The translations under genes and the position numbers were made by a program. The notes below the pieces were generated by a model that worked only from the letters and a program-made list of their open reading frames with translations, was not told the DNA's origin and searched no databases. A DNA stretch of 62,815 nt, filler included, from Octopus bimaculoides (Eukaryota), in NCBI RefSeq assembly GCF_001194135.2. It is 5 parts of 5 records of this genome, joined end to end, with 100 filler letters (N's around TTAATTAATTAA, not from the genome) between each part and the next. Parts side by side here need not be neighbours in the genome. Positions count along the whole stretch, not along the records: positions 25,250 to 54,992 come from NC_068983.1; positions 55,093 to 62,815 come from NC_068996.1; 3 more parts are not named here. One strand, given 5' to 3'. Shown here piece by piece: positions 44,751 to 58,396 of this stretch (positions are counted from its first letter, which is position 1; each line of letters begins with the position of its first letter).

Positions 44751-45686
44751 TTTAGTACTGTAGCTGCTGTTATAACTGCCACTGATGTTGTGATTTCTGT
44801 ACTCGAAATGTATGTAGCAGCTGGTGGTGCTCATCTTTCGCCCTCCCAACGGTGAAACTGCACGTTCTTGTAATGGCTTGTTTTACTATATGTGTAACAC
44901 CTCGCTTTTAAATCCTCGACAACCGTTTGCATCGGCTCACACTCTTCAAAGCAAAAATAATCGAGGATGTCAGAAGGATGTTTTGGTGCAACTAATGTAT
45001 TTAATTCCCGTTCTGTTCAGCCAGTTCAGTTCAGCCAGATAATTCCCGTTCAATTCTCGTTCAGTTCCATTCAGTTCAGCCAGATAGGTCGTGACTTGAA
45101 CTCTATTATTTTACTTTATTCTATCATCATTGCCTTAATTCTGATCTGTTTTATGTGAAGGCGGCACGCTGGTGATCCTGAGTTCAGTCACTCCGACGCC
45201 TATGAGGTAGTCGCACTTATTCAATATCTCATATGAAGCTACATATGATGGCCATCCTTTCCTGTTGTTTTCCTTTGGACATGTAAACTGCCGCAGATCA
45301 TACTTCATTCAGGTATTTTTCATTTTGTACTGGAGTCCGGAATTGCAGGCTTTTGGTCTTATAGTGAATGATCGTGTTAGAGTGATCGACAGTAAGCACC
45401 GCCAGTTCACGGCGTACAGAACTCCATAATATTTATAACGATTTCTACCATTGTCTCATTGCACGAATAAAAGATAAAGTCCTCCTGGCTGTTTTGCTGA
45501 TGTTGCTGTTGTTGTTATTATGCTTGCTGCTACTGCCGCCACCGCCGGGTGCTGGAATTATTCTCATCCCCATGAAAAGACATAGATACCAAAAACTGTC
45601 TCTGCCCGGCGGCGGCTGCAACATTGTTTGCTGTCAAGTCGAATGCTATCAGACAGCTTTCCTGACATCGTTGCGTGCATTGTGGC

Positions 45687-45821
<135 letters not shown>

Positions 45822-46139
45822 ACGAGGATAGGAAACATTATGGCGGCAGTCTTGAAATCCAAGCTTTTGGGAGTTTTTTTTTTATTTTAAAATATTAAAA
45901 TTTAACAAAAGCAGGTTTTAGCAGGAGTACGAGTCCGTGCATGGCCATCATTAAATAAAATACTAGATCTCAGTAGTATCTGTCAGTTTCTCAACAAAAT
46001 TGACCAGAGAAAATAAACTAAATGGATCCCTTTTAGGGAAAAACAATTGAGGATGTATGAAACTACAAGGACAAAATCCCGTGGTGATCAGGTCAAATAC
46101 CAATGATAACAACAACAACAAGAATAGCAATGATAATGA

Positions 46140-46275
46140 TGCTTTCAAATTTTGGCCCTAAACTAGCAACTTCGGGAGAAGGGGTAAGTCGATTATATTG
46201 ACCACGGTGATGAACTGGTACTTATTTTATCGACCCCGAAAGAATGAATGGTAAAATTGACCTCGGCAAAATATT
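46140..46275 (-). mobile_element. SINE (family A), 5'-truncated
   Basis: ACTGGTACTTATTTTATCGACCCCGAAAGAATGAA..GACCTCGG. Confidence 0.75.
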
Positions 46276-46399
46276 TATAGTAATTAATTCCATTTCCATT
46301 AACAGTGCAATATACATCGTCTCTTTTCTCTTTTTCACCTGACACATTTGACAGACATGTTAAACAGGAATTGAGTCGGATGCTAAAGCTATAGAAGAA

Positions 46400-47093
46400 C
46401 AATTATCCATATTTTATTTAAGGACGACCTAAAGTTGTACACTGCAGCTGAGAAACAATTGCCCACTTCAGTAAGCAGGACAGATATTTACTCGAGGAAC
46501 TGATATCAGATTTGGATCAGAAAAAAATGCCAAGGCAACTTTTTAGAGGAAAATTGCGGGCATTCATACTATGCTAGCTAAAGAACATGGATAAGAGAAT
46601 TAAATCAAACACGGGCCTACAAATACTAAGAGTCAATAAATTAGACTAAGTATAACGCGAAAAAACTTAATGAAAGATTAAAAATGAATATTATTTTAGC
46701 CTGAGATTAATACTTGGAACATAGCTTCTTTTTCTTTTTCTTTTTTTTGCGCGTTTCAGTCATTGAATTGTAGTCGTACAGGAGCACCACCTTAAGGTTG
46801 TAGTTTTTTAAAAATGGAGCCTATTACTTAGTTTTTAGAGTCTGGTACCTATTCCATCGATCTCTTTTGCCGAACAGCAATATTAGATNNNNNNNNNNNN
46901 NNNNNNNNNNNNNNNNNNNNNNNNNNNNNNNNNNNNNNNNNNNNNNNNNNNNNNNNNNNNNNNNNNNNNNNNNNNNNNNNNNNNNNNNNNNNNNNNNNNN
47001 NNNNNNNNNNNNNNNNNNNNNNNNNAACCGGCGTTGACTTCTTTACTTCTCCATAATCTGGCTGTAGAAGGGTCACAAAGACAAACACACACG

Positions 47094-47183
<90 letters not shown>

Positions 47184-48420
47184 CGTCAGGCTTCCACACG
47201 GTTTCCGTCAACCAAATTCACTCGCAAGATATTCTTCAGCCTGTGGCTATAATAGAATACACCTGCCCAAGGTGCCGTACAAGGACTGAACCCGAAACCA
47301 TGAGGCTGCAAAAGCAAATAGGTATCAATACTCTAAGTGTAATGATAATGCTGTTGTATATTCTCAATTGGAGGCTAACTGAGCAACAATACTAGTCGGA
47401 AAAAGAAATAAAGAGAAGTATTAACTGCGTTTAGAATACAATATACGAAATCTGATCCAAAAATATTACATTTAGCACGAATGCAGAGAATTAGGGACTG
47501 TATGCAACTAGAAAACCACTGTAAGATATCTGCTTAGGGCTAAAATAATATAATTCCGAATGCTAGAAAATAAATGCAAATATGTACAAAACATGATCAA
47601 AAGAAAAACAAAACTGTTTTCTGATTTCAAAGAAGCCAACAAATAAAAAATAAAAATGACAAAGGAAAGGAGAGACAAAAACAGAATTTGTGAAAAGTTT
47701 AAAAACAAATCTAAAAATGAGGCTACAGAGTACCTCGTAGATCAATGTCAAGAAAAGCTCCTACAAGGCCTTTACCTGGAAAGGGTGAACGGTGTGCAAA
47801 TATAGAAATAAGATTAGAAACGCGGAACTCTATAACTGACATTGAAGGGGACTTGCTTATTACAGAGTCAAAGTTTTACAACCAGAAATAATCAAAAGCA
47901 TGCAGTGGAGCTGAACACATTAGGTAACTGTATAATATGTGGTGACTAGGAAGAAACAATTGACAACATTGTCTCTAACGATCCAGTCTTAACCAACAAA
48001 GAATATATCTACATGTACGACAAAGTTGAGGCATTCGTACATTTGAAGTTTTGCCAGCATTAAGAAGTATCGACAGAAAAGAAGTAGCATAAACACACCC
48101 CAGAAAATGACTGAGTATAACAAAGCGACTATACTCAGGCACTATGTATAACAGAGTATAACAAAGCGGCTATACTCAATCCACATAGATGAGGAACCCA
48201 AGATTGAAAAGGTAGATATCGTTATCAAGATTCACCTTCTAGATAATATTTTATCGCTGAAAAAAATGGAGAAATCTTCCACCTATAAAGATCTGAGTAT
48301 AAAATTAACCTGAACTTCATAACCGAAAACAAAAACAATCTCTATAATAATAGCTACCTTGAGAATGATCAAAAACACGCCGACAATAAATAAGCAAAAC
48401 CTCAAGACTTAAAAATATGC
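46400..48420 (+). mobile_element. R4/Dong-type LINE remnant (RT, CCHC, restriction-like endonuclease), interrupted
   Basis: IIHILFKDDLKLY; TTRNNQKH..CIICGD*EETIDNIVS..KEYIYMYDKV..VHLKFCQH..KHTPE..NKATIL..; a family-B SINE and a gap lie inside. Confidence 0.8.
46750..47330 (-). mobile_element. tRNA-derived SINE (family B) with internal microsatellite and gap
   Basis: GGAGCACCACCTTAAGG..CTGGTACCTATTCCATCG..TTTTGCCGAAC; head GACTGAACCCGAAACCATG. Confidence 0.7.
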
Positions 48421-48991
48421 ACAACATATAAAAAAAATAGCAATTTTAGGCAGGCAGTGCACACTTATTACGCAGAATACTGTCAACAGAAAATACTGCA
48501 CATTCCTAAATTAGAAAATAACTCATACAACCATATATAATTTGATAGTGTTGATTAACAGAAATAAGTACATGTAAATTAAACAGTTTCCTTGCAGAAA
48601 AAGTAATTGTGTCATTTAGAGATAATCAATCAATGAAAAGCTAACGTTCTCATCATAAACAGCTTCCAGAGTATTGTTGTTCAAATAAACAGTATACTGT
48701 AGAAATAACCAGAAGTATTATAAAACATGGAATAAACTGTCGCTGACACGGAAATTTCTATATAACTATGTATCGCTCCAGTTGCTGATGCGGTTATTGC
48801 TCTTGTGACCCTGCGGTCAGTTATGGTCGAAGTTATGATCAAAAGCATTCTAATCATAATCATCCTATGTTTTTAAAGAGCATAGTGTATCGAGAACAAA
48901 CATTATCCACTGCGTTCCGTCATTTTAAGAGAGTGGGCTTATTTTTTGCAGGTCGAGTGACAACGCAAATCCTCTTTCATTTTCTCCACAG

Positions 48992-49046
48992 TGCACTTTG
49001 TTATTATTGTCTTGCTTGGAGTCGTTTCAATATTTTCATGCTTCAG
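48992..49046 (+). CDS. Candidate 55-nt exon, possibly hydrophobic (HFVIIVLLGVVSIFSCF)
   Basis: Acceptor CTTTCATTTTCTCCACAG| and donor CAG|GTAAAT; all three frames are open, so the frame is uncertain. Confidence 0.25.
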
Positions 49047-49681
49047 GTAAATATTAGCTCAAACTTCAAAGGAGAAAACTTATTCAAATATTCCTTTGGT
49101 TTGTTTCATCCGTAGAACTCTACTCCTTCCATCTGGTGCTCGGGAGTAGGAACATTGCCAGGCTGCTGACGCTATTTCTGTTGCCGTTGTATATTTTGTC
49201 GTTGTTCACAAACATGTTTGGTAGCCTTTCTACAGATAATACTGTGACTAATTATTTCTTTTATATATTGGCAACTTACACTACTTTTGCAATTTTATAA
49301 ACGGATGTAGTGTCAGATGTTGGTGGTAGTGGTGCTTAAACTAGGTCTATCTTGAATCAATAGACTTATACGTGATTCATTAACTTCTTAGGCAATGCTT
49401 GTAGCAATCCAAAGGCAACTAACTATAAAATTAAGATTTGAAGCTATATCGCAAGCAACTTGATAAGTATTTTGCAAGAAATTTATATCGGAAATAACAT
49501 TAAACGGAAAGCTTACATAAAATTTTTCATGCAACACTTGCAACATACCAGCAACTTCATAAGCTCCATTTAAATCTGACTTGCAATTTTTTTTTATCTA
49601 TGTCACACAAAAACCTAACTGAAAATTTATGAGTAATTTTATTAAGTTATCAACAGGTAATTGAACTGGAAAGATTTTTCG

Positions 49682-49729
49682 AGGCAATTTCACAGGCAAT
49701 TTCACAGGCAATTTCACCGACAATTTCAG
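49682..49729. repeat. 12-bp tandem repeat AGGCAATTTCAC x4
   Basis: Three perfect units plus one variant. Confidence 0.9.
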
Positions 49730-50345
49730 AAAACTGCTAATACTTAGTGAGGTAGTTAAATTAAGTCGTTAGGGCAGGGAAGGAAGCCAAGATGGGAAGA
49801 AGGCGAGATATAAGGAAATAGAATACAGAACCTTGCCAACAGAGAGATATTTTGGGGATAAACGTTCTGAAAATAAATTTATACCAGCACCACCTCTTTT
49901 GCTACTGAGTGTCACCACCTACCACCATTACGTACGAAATATTACTACTACTGCCACTATCATCAACCGCCAACGGTAACAACAGCAACTCTAACAGTAC
50001 TACCACAATGAACACCACTACCATCACTACCACGTCTGCCAACACCTAATAACAACAACAACTACACCACCATTGCAATCTACAGTTGCAGCAGAAACAC
50101 TAACACCCAGCATGAGGGAGAATTCATCAGAGTCACTCGACTTAATAGAAATAATAGCCAAATCTCCTTTAAACCATACACTATCGTCTCATAAAAGAAC
50201 ACATTCAGTAAAAAAAAATGGTATAGTCAAGCCTGAAATGGCCTTTCATTATAGGTCTGTCTGCTTTATCAGAGTTAACCTGGGGCTAAATAATAACAAC
50301 CATAGAAGAGTGTTTCCGGTAGTTGTGGCTTTAAGATTGTACTGT

Positions 50346-50734
50346 GGAGGCGCAATGGCCCAGTGGTTAGGGCAGCAGACTCGCGGTCATAGGATCGCGG
50401 TTTCGATTCCCAGACCGGGCGTTGTGAGTGTTTATTGAGCGAAAACACCTAAAGCTCCACGAGGCTCCGGCAGGGGATGGTGGTGAACCCTGCTGTACTC
50501 TTCCACCACAACTTTCTCTCACTCTTTCTTCCTGTTTTTGTTGTGCCTGTATTTCAAAGGGGCCAGCCTTGTCACACTGTGTCACGCTGAATATCCCCGA
50601 GAACTACGTTAAGGATACACGTGTCTGTGGAGTGCTCAGCCACTTGCACGTTAATTTCACGAGCAGGCTGTTCCATTGATCGGATCGACTGGAACCCTCT
50701 ACGTCGTAAGCGACGGAGTGCCAACAACAACAAC
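50346..50734 (+). mobile_element. Full-length tRNA-derived SINE (family D)
   Basis: Collinear with 43734-44327 minus the gap duplication; (CAA)n tail. Confidence 0.92.
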
Positions 50735-50779
50735 TGGTGATCATTAAGGTGGGAGAGAGATTTATGATGCCGGGGAGGG

Positions 50780-51030
50780 TAGTTGTTAATGATTGTCTCT
50801 ATATCTTTTGAGATTGTTGCCAAGGGTCGGAGAGTTTGCTATCCTTAGATATAGGACAAATTCTAACGAGTTTCAAAAGATTGGAATATATCCCTATAGA
50901 AAGAAAGAAAGAGATATTGAGGAGTTCTATGAAGACAGAAGCTAACCCTGAAGTGCATTGATTGGATATAGTGGCCGAGACATTGTCAGGGTCAGAGGCC
51001 TGGTTGGTATGAAGCGACTGATGGTGTTCG
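50780..51030 (-). mobile_element. CR1/L2/Jockey-type LINE RT N-terminal remnant
   Basis: LHTNQASDPDNVSA..LASVFIELLNISF..GIYSNLLKLVRICPISKDSKLSDP matches the KA.GPD..FP...K.A.I.PI.K..SDP consensus. Confidence 0.7.
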
Positions 51031-53074
51031 CACTTGGCGTGGAAAGATAATTTGGGAGATTTATTCTTGTTCGTGCAGTATGGAGTTAGATGCAAAGAGA
51101 GCGGCTAATGCCGAAGTTCTCTATACGATATCAGTGTACTCATATCTGTATTTTCTCAGTTTTTGCTTGCTGATCTATCTTTTTTAAAGATGTCGTTTGT
51201 TATTATTCATTCCCACGTCATCTCTCAACAGACAAACCTTAAATAGAACATTCCAGCTCATTTTATTTTCAGGCTATTCATGTAGAAATACATTATCTTA
51301 GGTGTTCTTCCTTTTTAAGAATGTTTGGGAAATACTTGATGTTGTTTCTTAAGGTGGAGCAACCATGTAGAAATTTTCTATTTGATTCTAGACGTTTCTC
51401 GAGTGGCAGCGCTTCTGTTTCTATGTCCCAAAGATAATAGTTCGAACCCTGTCAACAGAACTGCAAAAGTAACAATTTGAAATTTTGTTGAACACACAGC
51501 TCCATTATTTATAAAATACATTATTGTGCACTATTATAAACACTCTCTTATAACTGAATACTAAATCTTTTGTATTCACTTGAACCAAACTTTTGGCAAT
51601 TACACCCTCTCTTTCACGCATTTATTTTGTGACAGATGTTATTTGTAAGTTGTTGTTGCTTCATTTTAATGCCAAAATATAAAGAAAATGCTTTGCAATT
51701 GAGAGATGCCAAATGTCTGCACGAACCAAATTCTATGTGTTTAGCAAAGTAAGTTAATATTGTTTATCCGGAGCAGAATCGTGAGCTTGACAAACTGTGA
51801 ACAAGAAATAATTTCAAGTATTTTAAATTATTGCAATGAATAGAGGTAAATATAGGCTCAAATATTAACGTTAATGAAAATTGATGAGAAGCATAGGAGC
51901 GACAAATCCGACAATTATGCATGCACTGTGGAAATGAAAGCATTAACTTTGAGATAAATATTAATAAATTTTATCAAATCTTGATAACTACAGTGGCAAC
52001 TGGGAACAGTTTTGGTCTTTTAGTTGTAATACCGACATCATATACATCTATATATAGAACCTTTGTAACTAAATCAGGCAATAACTGAAGAAAGATAAGC
52101 TTTGCTTATTAGTCTAAGACCGATATAGAACCGGAGATCCAAGCAAATAGTTTCATTTTCTCTTCTCATTATAGAAAAAATTTTAATTAGTTAAACATTT
52201 TTTTTTAATCATTTTAGTCTAAAGTATATTAGCATTTACTTAACAAATGCATCACATGCAGATGGGGTCCCTAAGTAACTTCCTTGCTTTCTCAGTGCAT
52301 ATGCACTTGATTCTTCGGTGGAGGAAGTTAAAAGGAGTCGTAGTGACATATGAATGAGTTGATATGTTAAGATTCACTACAATCTCATACACCGCCAGCA
52401 TCTACCCCTAACTTGATGCCTCTAGGATTCTCTTAATCTCATGGAAACCATAACGTAATGCAATGCACTATCTCTGTCATAGGAACGTATCTATACACAT
52501 GCACACGCACTCACACACACACACACACACACATGCCACACATACACCAGAAAAAGACACACAGTCACACACATAACACTCATAATCACGAACACATACT
52601 ACACAAAAAATTCGTGCCGTCGACATATACGTCACGAGTCGTCTGTCTGTATGTACACACATACAAATATATGTGACTTTAGGAATGCTCCTTTCGCTCT
52701 TCCTCTCTCAGCTCTCGCTCCCCTCACACCCCTCTCTCTCTCCTCTCTTTCCTCCCCCTTTCACTTTTTGTCGCTACACACACAAACACAAACACACATA
52801 CACATGTGTGTATAGATATAAGGCATTTACAAGTAAAACCTGAGACAGCAAGACCTGTTCTCTTTTTCCTGTATTAGACCGTATATTATAAATGTATGTC
52901 TTATAAAACATTTTCATTTAAAAATAGCTTGTTACTATTTGTGTGTGTGTGTGTAATTGTGGGAGAGAGAGAGGGAGGGAGAGGGAGAGGGAGAGAGAGA
53001 GAGAGTACATCCAGAGATGGGGCTGTCTGTATGTTATTGCGTAAGTACGTGTGCATATGCCTATATATATTCTT

Positions 53075-53345
53075 TTCTACTCTAGGAACAAAGCACGAGA
53101 TTTTGGGGGAAGGGGCCAGTTGATTAGATCGACCCCAGTACTGGTACTTAATTTATCGACCCCGAAAGAATGAAAGGCAAAGTTGACCTCGGCTGCATTT
53201 GAACTCAGAACGTAACGACAGATGAAATACCGCTAAGCCGAGGTCGACTTTGTCTTTCAACCTTTCGAGGTCGATAAATTAAGTACCAGTTGCGTTTTGG
53301 GTTCGATCTAATCGACTGGCCTTGTGCCTAGAGTAGAAAGGATTA
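53075..53345. mobile_element. Two family-A SINE pieces fused head-to-head (palindromic)
   Basis: Arms 53114-53192 and 53238-53321 are inverted homologs; 45-nt loop. Confidence 0.85.
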
Positions 53346-53349
53346 TTAT

Positions 53350-54260
53350 GATTTGGGTTTGGCTCAGGTTGGGTCTTATTCCTGGTACGATTTATGTGGA
53401 TAGAATCCTTGCTATTCCTAAGAGATAAACTTTCTGTAGGAGCTCTATCGGGCATTCTATTCCAATCTCCCTCAGCCATTTCTCTATATCTTCGTTTACT
53501 GTTCCCATCGCACCAGTTATTACAAGCACGACCTTTACTGTCCTCATGTTCCAAATTCTTTCTATTTCAAATTTTAAGGGATTGTATTTTTTTTTTCTTC
53601 TTTCTTTACGATCCTGGAATTAAACGGTCATGATGGGTCGATCAGTAATCAACTTCGCTTTTCCTTATCTGTAATTGTTATGTTCGGTCTATTATTTTAT
53701 AACTTCTTATCCGTTTGAATAGGAAAGTCCCACAAAATCCAATATTTCTCCGTCTCTCATACCTTTTCGACTCAGTGATTGCAACGTGTTTCCAGCTTCA
53801 AATTCCCATTTTTGTCACAGTTTCTCAGTGTAAAACTTTTACAACCTGTCCGTGCTTTCATTTCTTATATTCTTCTTGTGTCATTCTGTCACAATGTGTG
53901 CCACTGTCTCGTTCCAAGTTTCACAGGCTCTACATTTTTCTGACACGCTCTCTCCATATATATTTTTTTCTCAAGTTGTTTGTTTTTATCGCTTGATCTT
54001 GGGCTGCTACAATTAGGCTCTCTGTTTCTTTTGTTAATTGCCCCTTTTTTACGCAACCTCAGGATTTTGTTTCATATACCTCTCCAGTGGCTCTCCAAAA
54101 TTGGTCATGTAGGGGTTTCTCTTCATCTGTCTGACTTGCTCTCTTTGTATTTCATTCTTGTGCTTACGCACTTGATCACCTGTTCTTTATTTCCTGTCTT
54201 CATTAGTTTTTCTGCGCTGCTCAAAATACTCTACTAGACTTTTTTCTTTCCATTTGTATA
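53350..54260 (-). mobile_element. R4/Dong-type LINE 3' end (CCHC, restriction-like endonuclease, terminus)
   Basis: EKPLHDQF..LTKETESLIVAAQDQAIKTN..CRACETWNETVAHIV..ILWDFPIQTDK..NNRPNI..FEIERIWNMRTVKVVLVITGAMG..LLQKVYLLGIARIL*. Confidence 0.9.
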
Positions 54261-54843
54261 CATCCTTCTACTGTTATTAAGCCCCGTCCACCCTGGTCCC
54301 TCCTCAAGTACAGTCGGTTGATATCAGCTTTCGAATGGTGGGCTCCATACATTGTCAACAACTTTCTAGTTTTTCTGTCAGGTTTCTTTATATCGTTTTT
54401 GGTTCAGTCAAGAACCTCATTAGCTTACAGCAGTTTCTGCTATAAGATTTTTGTTATAAGCTGCAATGCACTTATAGTTGAATGTTTGTGTATCATGAAA
54501 TCATAGTGTGATACGCAAGCATGTCCTTTACAAATTTATTGGATATGTGTTGCAGTATTTGTTCTTGCTCTCTGTGCTTGAGATCAGACCTATCCAAGTC
54601 AATTTTCCCTTTCGTGCTTTCAGGCTCTGTAACGTTCCAGTTCAGTACTAAATTTTTTTTTTCTTCTTCTTCTTCTTCTTCTTCTTCTTCTTCTTCTTCT
54701 TCTTCTTCTCCTCCTCCTCCTCCTCCTCCTTCTCCTTCTCCTTCTCCTTCTCCTACTCCTCCTCCTCCCTCCTCTTTCTCAACATTATTATCATCATCAA
54801 CATCATTCTCATCATCACAACCATTATTACTATTATTTTCGCT

Positions 54844-54992
54844 AAGGCGGCGAGCTGGCTGAAACGTTAGCACGCCGGGCGAAATGCTTAGCGATATTTC
54901 GTTTGTCTTTATGTTCTGAGTTCAAATTCCGCCGAGCTTGACTTTGCCTTTCAACTTTCGGGGTCGATAACTTAAGTACCAGTTGCGGACTG
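54844..54992 (+). mobile_element. tRNA-derived SINE (family A), cut by linker
   Basis: AAGGCGGCGAGCTGGC..GTTCTGAGTTCAAATTCC..TTAAGTACCAGTTGCG. Confidence 0.9.
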
Positions 54993-55092
54993 NNNNNNNN
55001 NNNNNNNNNNNNNNNNNNNNNNNNNNNNNNNNNNNNTTAATTAATTAANNNNNNNNNNNNNNNNNNNNNNNNNNNNNNNNNNNNNNNNNNNN
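54993..55092. other. Artificial scaffold linker N44-TTAATTAATTAA-N44
   Basis: Same 100-bp construct. Confidence 0.95.
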
Positions 55093-56099
55093 ATATATAT
55101 ATATATATATATATATAAATGTATGTATGCACATTAGATTTACTTTTACTCTTTATTCTTCTATTTTATTCCTCATAAACTGTGAATTTTATTGCTTGTA
55201 AACTGTAGATTTGTTTGTATAATAGGAAATAGGGTTGAAGTAATCCAGATAGATATCTAGTAAGTACTCACTAGTTAAGCAAACTCAGTTAATTACATCA
55301 AATGATCAGGTGACAATAGATCCAAATAGAATTAACATTCACGCTAATCTTTCTAGTGTGATAAGTAAATCCAACGATCGCTTTGAAGAATTTTAAGAAA
55401 TCAAAAGTATATGATATCAACATTAACTAGAATGGAGAATATTACATCTTTATTTGAGGATTGCATCGTCCTAGTCCAACGATTGCTTCTATTGTGTAAG
55501 CATCTTTAGATATAGTAAACAGTACAGAATACAAATCAATCCATACTGGATCGATTGTAAACTTCAATATATCTAAAATTTATGCTAACATAGTTTGATC
55601 AAAGCAACTTATAACAACCTGAATCAAAAGATAGCGGATAGGATCGCTATAATAAATGGAAGTAAGGAACGCAGAGAAAATGAGTGTTAAAGAGAAATAT
55701 TGTATGCTAAACAAAACAGTTTAGTATTTAAACTTGCGATGACCTCAATGGTCAACGAAAGAATTTAAAAAAAAAATACAAACACAGAAATGCTCCTACG
55801 GTACATTTAATAAGTATGCCAAGAATATTTTTTTAAATAGTTTTTAAAAGATCATGCTTATTAAATTACAGAAAAACCAATTATAATAAAGATTCTATTT
55901 ACTATAGAAACATTTCAAGGTCTTTCCATATTTATGAGAATATTTTAACATAAGATTGGTTTTTAGCATGTAATAAGCTCGATTTTGACAAATCATCCAA
56001 CCATCTCAAGCAAGTGACAAAAAAGGCAGTATAGCAACTAGCCCTTACAGCAAAGTGTCCTGGAAATAGACGCGTTCGAAACAGAGACCTCACTCCTTA

Positions 56100-57760
56100 G
56101 TTGGCCCTCTTCACAATCCCCACGCAGGTCGGACCACTGATGACCCCAAGGAATGTACTGAGCTTATTGCTGAATGCTGTGCTGGCATTTTTACTGCTGA
56201 AAATCCTAATGTGCCTTCTTCATCAACTCTGACATCAAATTCCGTAACAGCTGTGAAATTCACACCCGCAATGCCGCAATGCCGCGATGCCACATCGAGA
56301 ATAAGCACAACTATGCTTCTCTTGGTCTTCATGGTGTTACTTATGTGCTTCTCAAACGTGGTGGGTTCTTTCTATTGCACCAGCTTTCTTTTTTCCATTC
56401 TGCCTTAACTGTCACTCCAGAGCAGTGGGAAATTGCCAGTGTCGTTCCCCTGTTCAAAAAAGGTGATCGCACATCACCTGTCAACTATCGTCCAGTCAGC
56501 CTTTCTAGCTGCATCGCCAGACTGATGAAGTCCTGTGTTAGAACTTCTGGAGCTCACACAGCCTTATTCGACTCTCACAATTTGGTTTTATCCCTAACTC
56601 CAGCGGCTATAGTCAACTCATCGAGTTTCTTGAGGACATCACCTGAGTTTCTGATGGCGGCTCACGGGTGGATGCTGTCTACCTTGATTTTGCTAAAGAC
56701 TTCAACTCTGTACCACACAAACGACTCACAGTAAAACTCTCTGCAATGGGTGTGGAGGATGATTTCTATAATTGGCTTAGGTCCTTCATTCTTGATCGGA
56801 AAGAGGTAATTACAGTTCTAGGACATCATTCTTCACTCTACAAGATGACTTCTGGTGTACCACAGGGATCCGTTCTTGGACCCGTACTGTCTGTTGCATA
56901 TATTAATGATATAGATGCCAACTTGAGGAATGTTACAGTACTGAGATCTGCAGATGACATCAAGCTATACCTCGAAAAAAAAAAAGAACAGATCCTATGC
57001 ATTATAGATCTTTCCTGCAATCAGACCTGGATACAATACAGCAATGGATCTCTGCATCACCATGAAACCACCTCAAGGAAAAATCAAGCCTTTACATACT
57101 CCCTCAACAACACCAATCTCAAGAAGTCTTCTAGCGGACGTGTTCTAAGCATTATGGTAAACAACAATCTGCGTTGGACAAACCACATCTCTTAGATTGT
57201 CAAGAAGCCTGAGGGGGTGCTTGCATCAGTCAGTAAGACGTTTGTCAGATATTTATTTAAAACTGTATACGAGAATGGTATTTGCGTCACCAGTCTGGAA
57301 CCCCTATCTTGCTCAGCACATAAATCTCCTGGAAACTGTTCAGAAACGTGCAACAAAACGGATACCCGCCGTCAGACATCTATCATACGCTGAGCGTTTT
57401 GCTTCCCTGGGCGTGGACAAATTGAAGCTTGGACGTCTGGCAACTGACTTGGTAGACACCCACAAGATTATCCACCATCTTTCCAACAACACCTTGGGCA
57501 CATTTTTGAATTCCATATGACAAACACTCGTGGACATAATTATAAAATCAAAAAACAAAACAGCACCCATGACTTTCGGAAACATTTTTAGACGCCCAGT
57601 ATTGCTGAAGCATGGAATAAACAATCCGGATCAGTTGTTAGCTGTCGAGACACTACTTCAAAACTTCCATGCTTCCTGTAATCCGCCAATAGTACATCTA
57701 GTGGCCTTTTTTATTTTTAGTTGTAGTGCACCTGAGCACTATATACATTTTCCTTCATAA
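56100..57760 (+). mobile_element. CR1-type LINE ORF2 (RT) remnant with 3' end
   Basis: WEIASVVPLFKKGDR..NYRPVSL; DAVYLDFAKDFNSVPH; TSGVPQGSVLGPVL..YINDI..SADDIKLY; ASPVWNPY..LLETVQKRATK. Confidence 0.93.
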
Positions 57761-58092
57761 TATGTACTTATATAATATATTTTTTCAATGCAAAAAATAC
57801 ATTTAAATCGTAGTTAACGTTCTTGCATTTATTATAATAAAATTCGTAGAATTACATTAGATTCTTTCTTAAGCACTTATTTCCTAAAGGACACATAAGG
57901 TTTTTTCTGAAATTACAAAGGCGTTTATTATTTTCTCTGTAGCACTTATGGTTAAGTGAATTACCTCTACATCTACTCACATAATGAGGTGTTAAAACAT
58001 TATCATTAGCAGTATTATAATCAATATTAATACTCGATGTTTAATCTTAGAGGTATTATCCATATTACGGTAGGAATTACTTTCACCTAAAG

Positions 58093-58396
58093 CGATGGTT
58101 TTTAACCAGGGTCCATATAAGATTTTGTGGGGGTCCACACAACAAAAGAATCCCGGAAAATTTTTTTTCTTTAGAGCTATGTATTGGTATGTATTACAAG
58201 AAACAGCTAGGTTTTCTACTGAAATATTTTACATAGTTCAACCTACGCACATTAATATGTGAAAAGCAAAATAAGAATTTTGAAAAAAGTTTCTATAGAA
58301 CTAATTTTAAAACATAGAATGGCTATGGGAGTCCACCAGAATAAAATAGTATTTGAAAGGGGTCCATGATTTTTTTTTAATGGTTAAGAACCCGTG
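58093..58396 (-). mobile_element. Older hAT MITE related to 31644-31871
   Basis: Shares GGTCCATATAAGATT and degenerate termini; flanks ACCTAAAG / GCCTCAAG (6/8). Confidence 0.6.
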
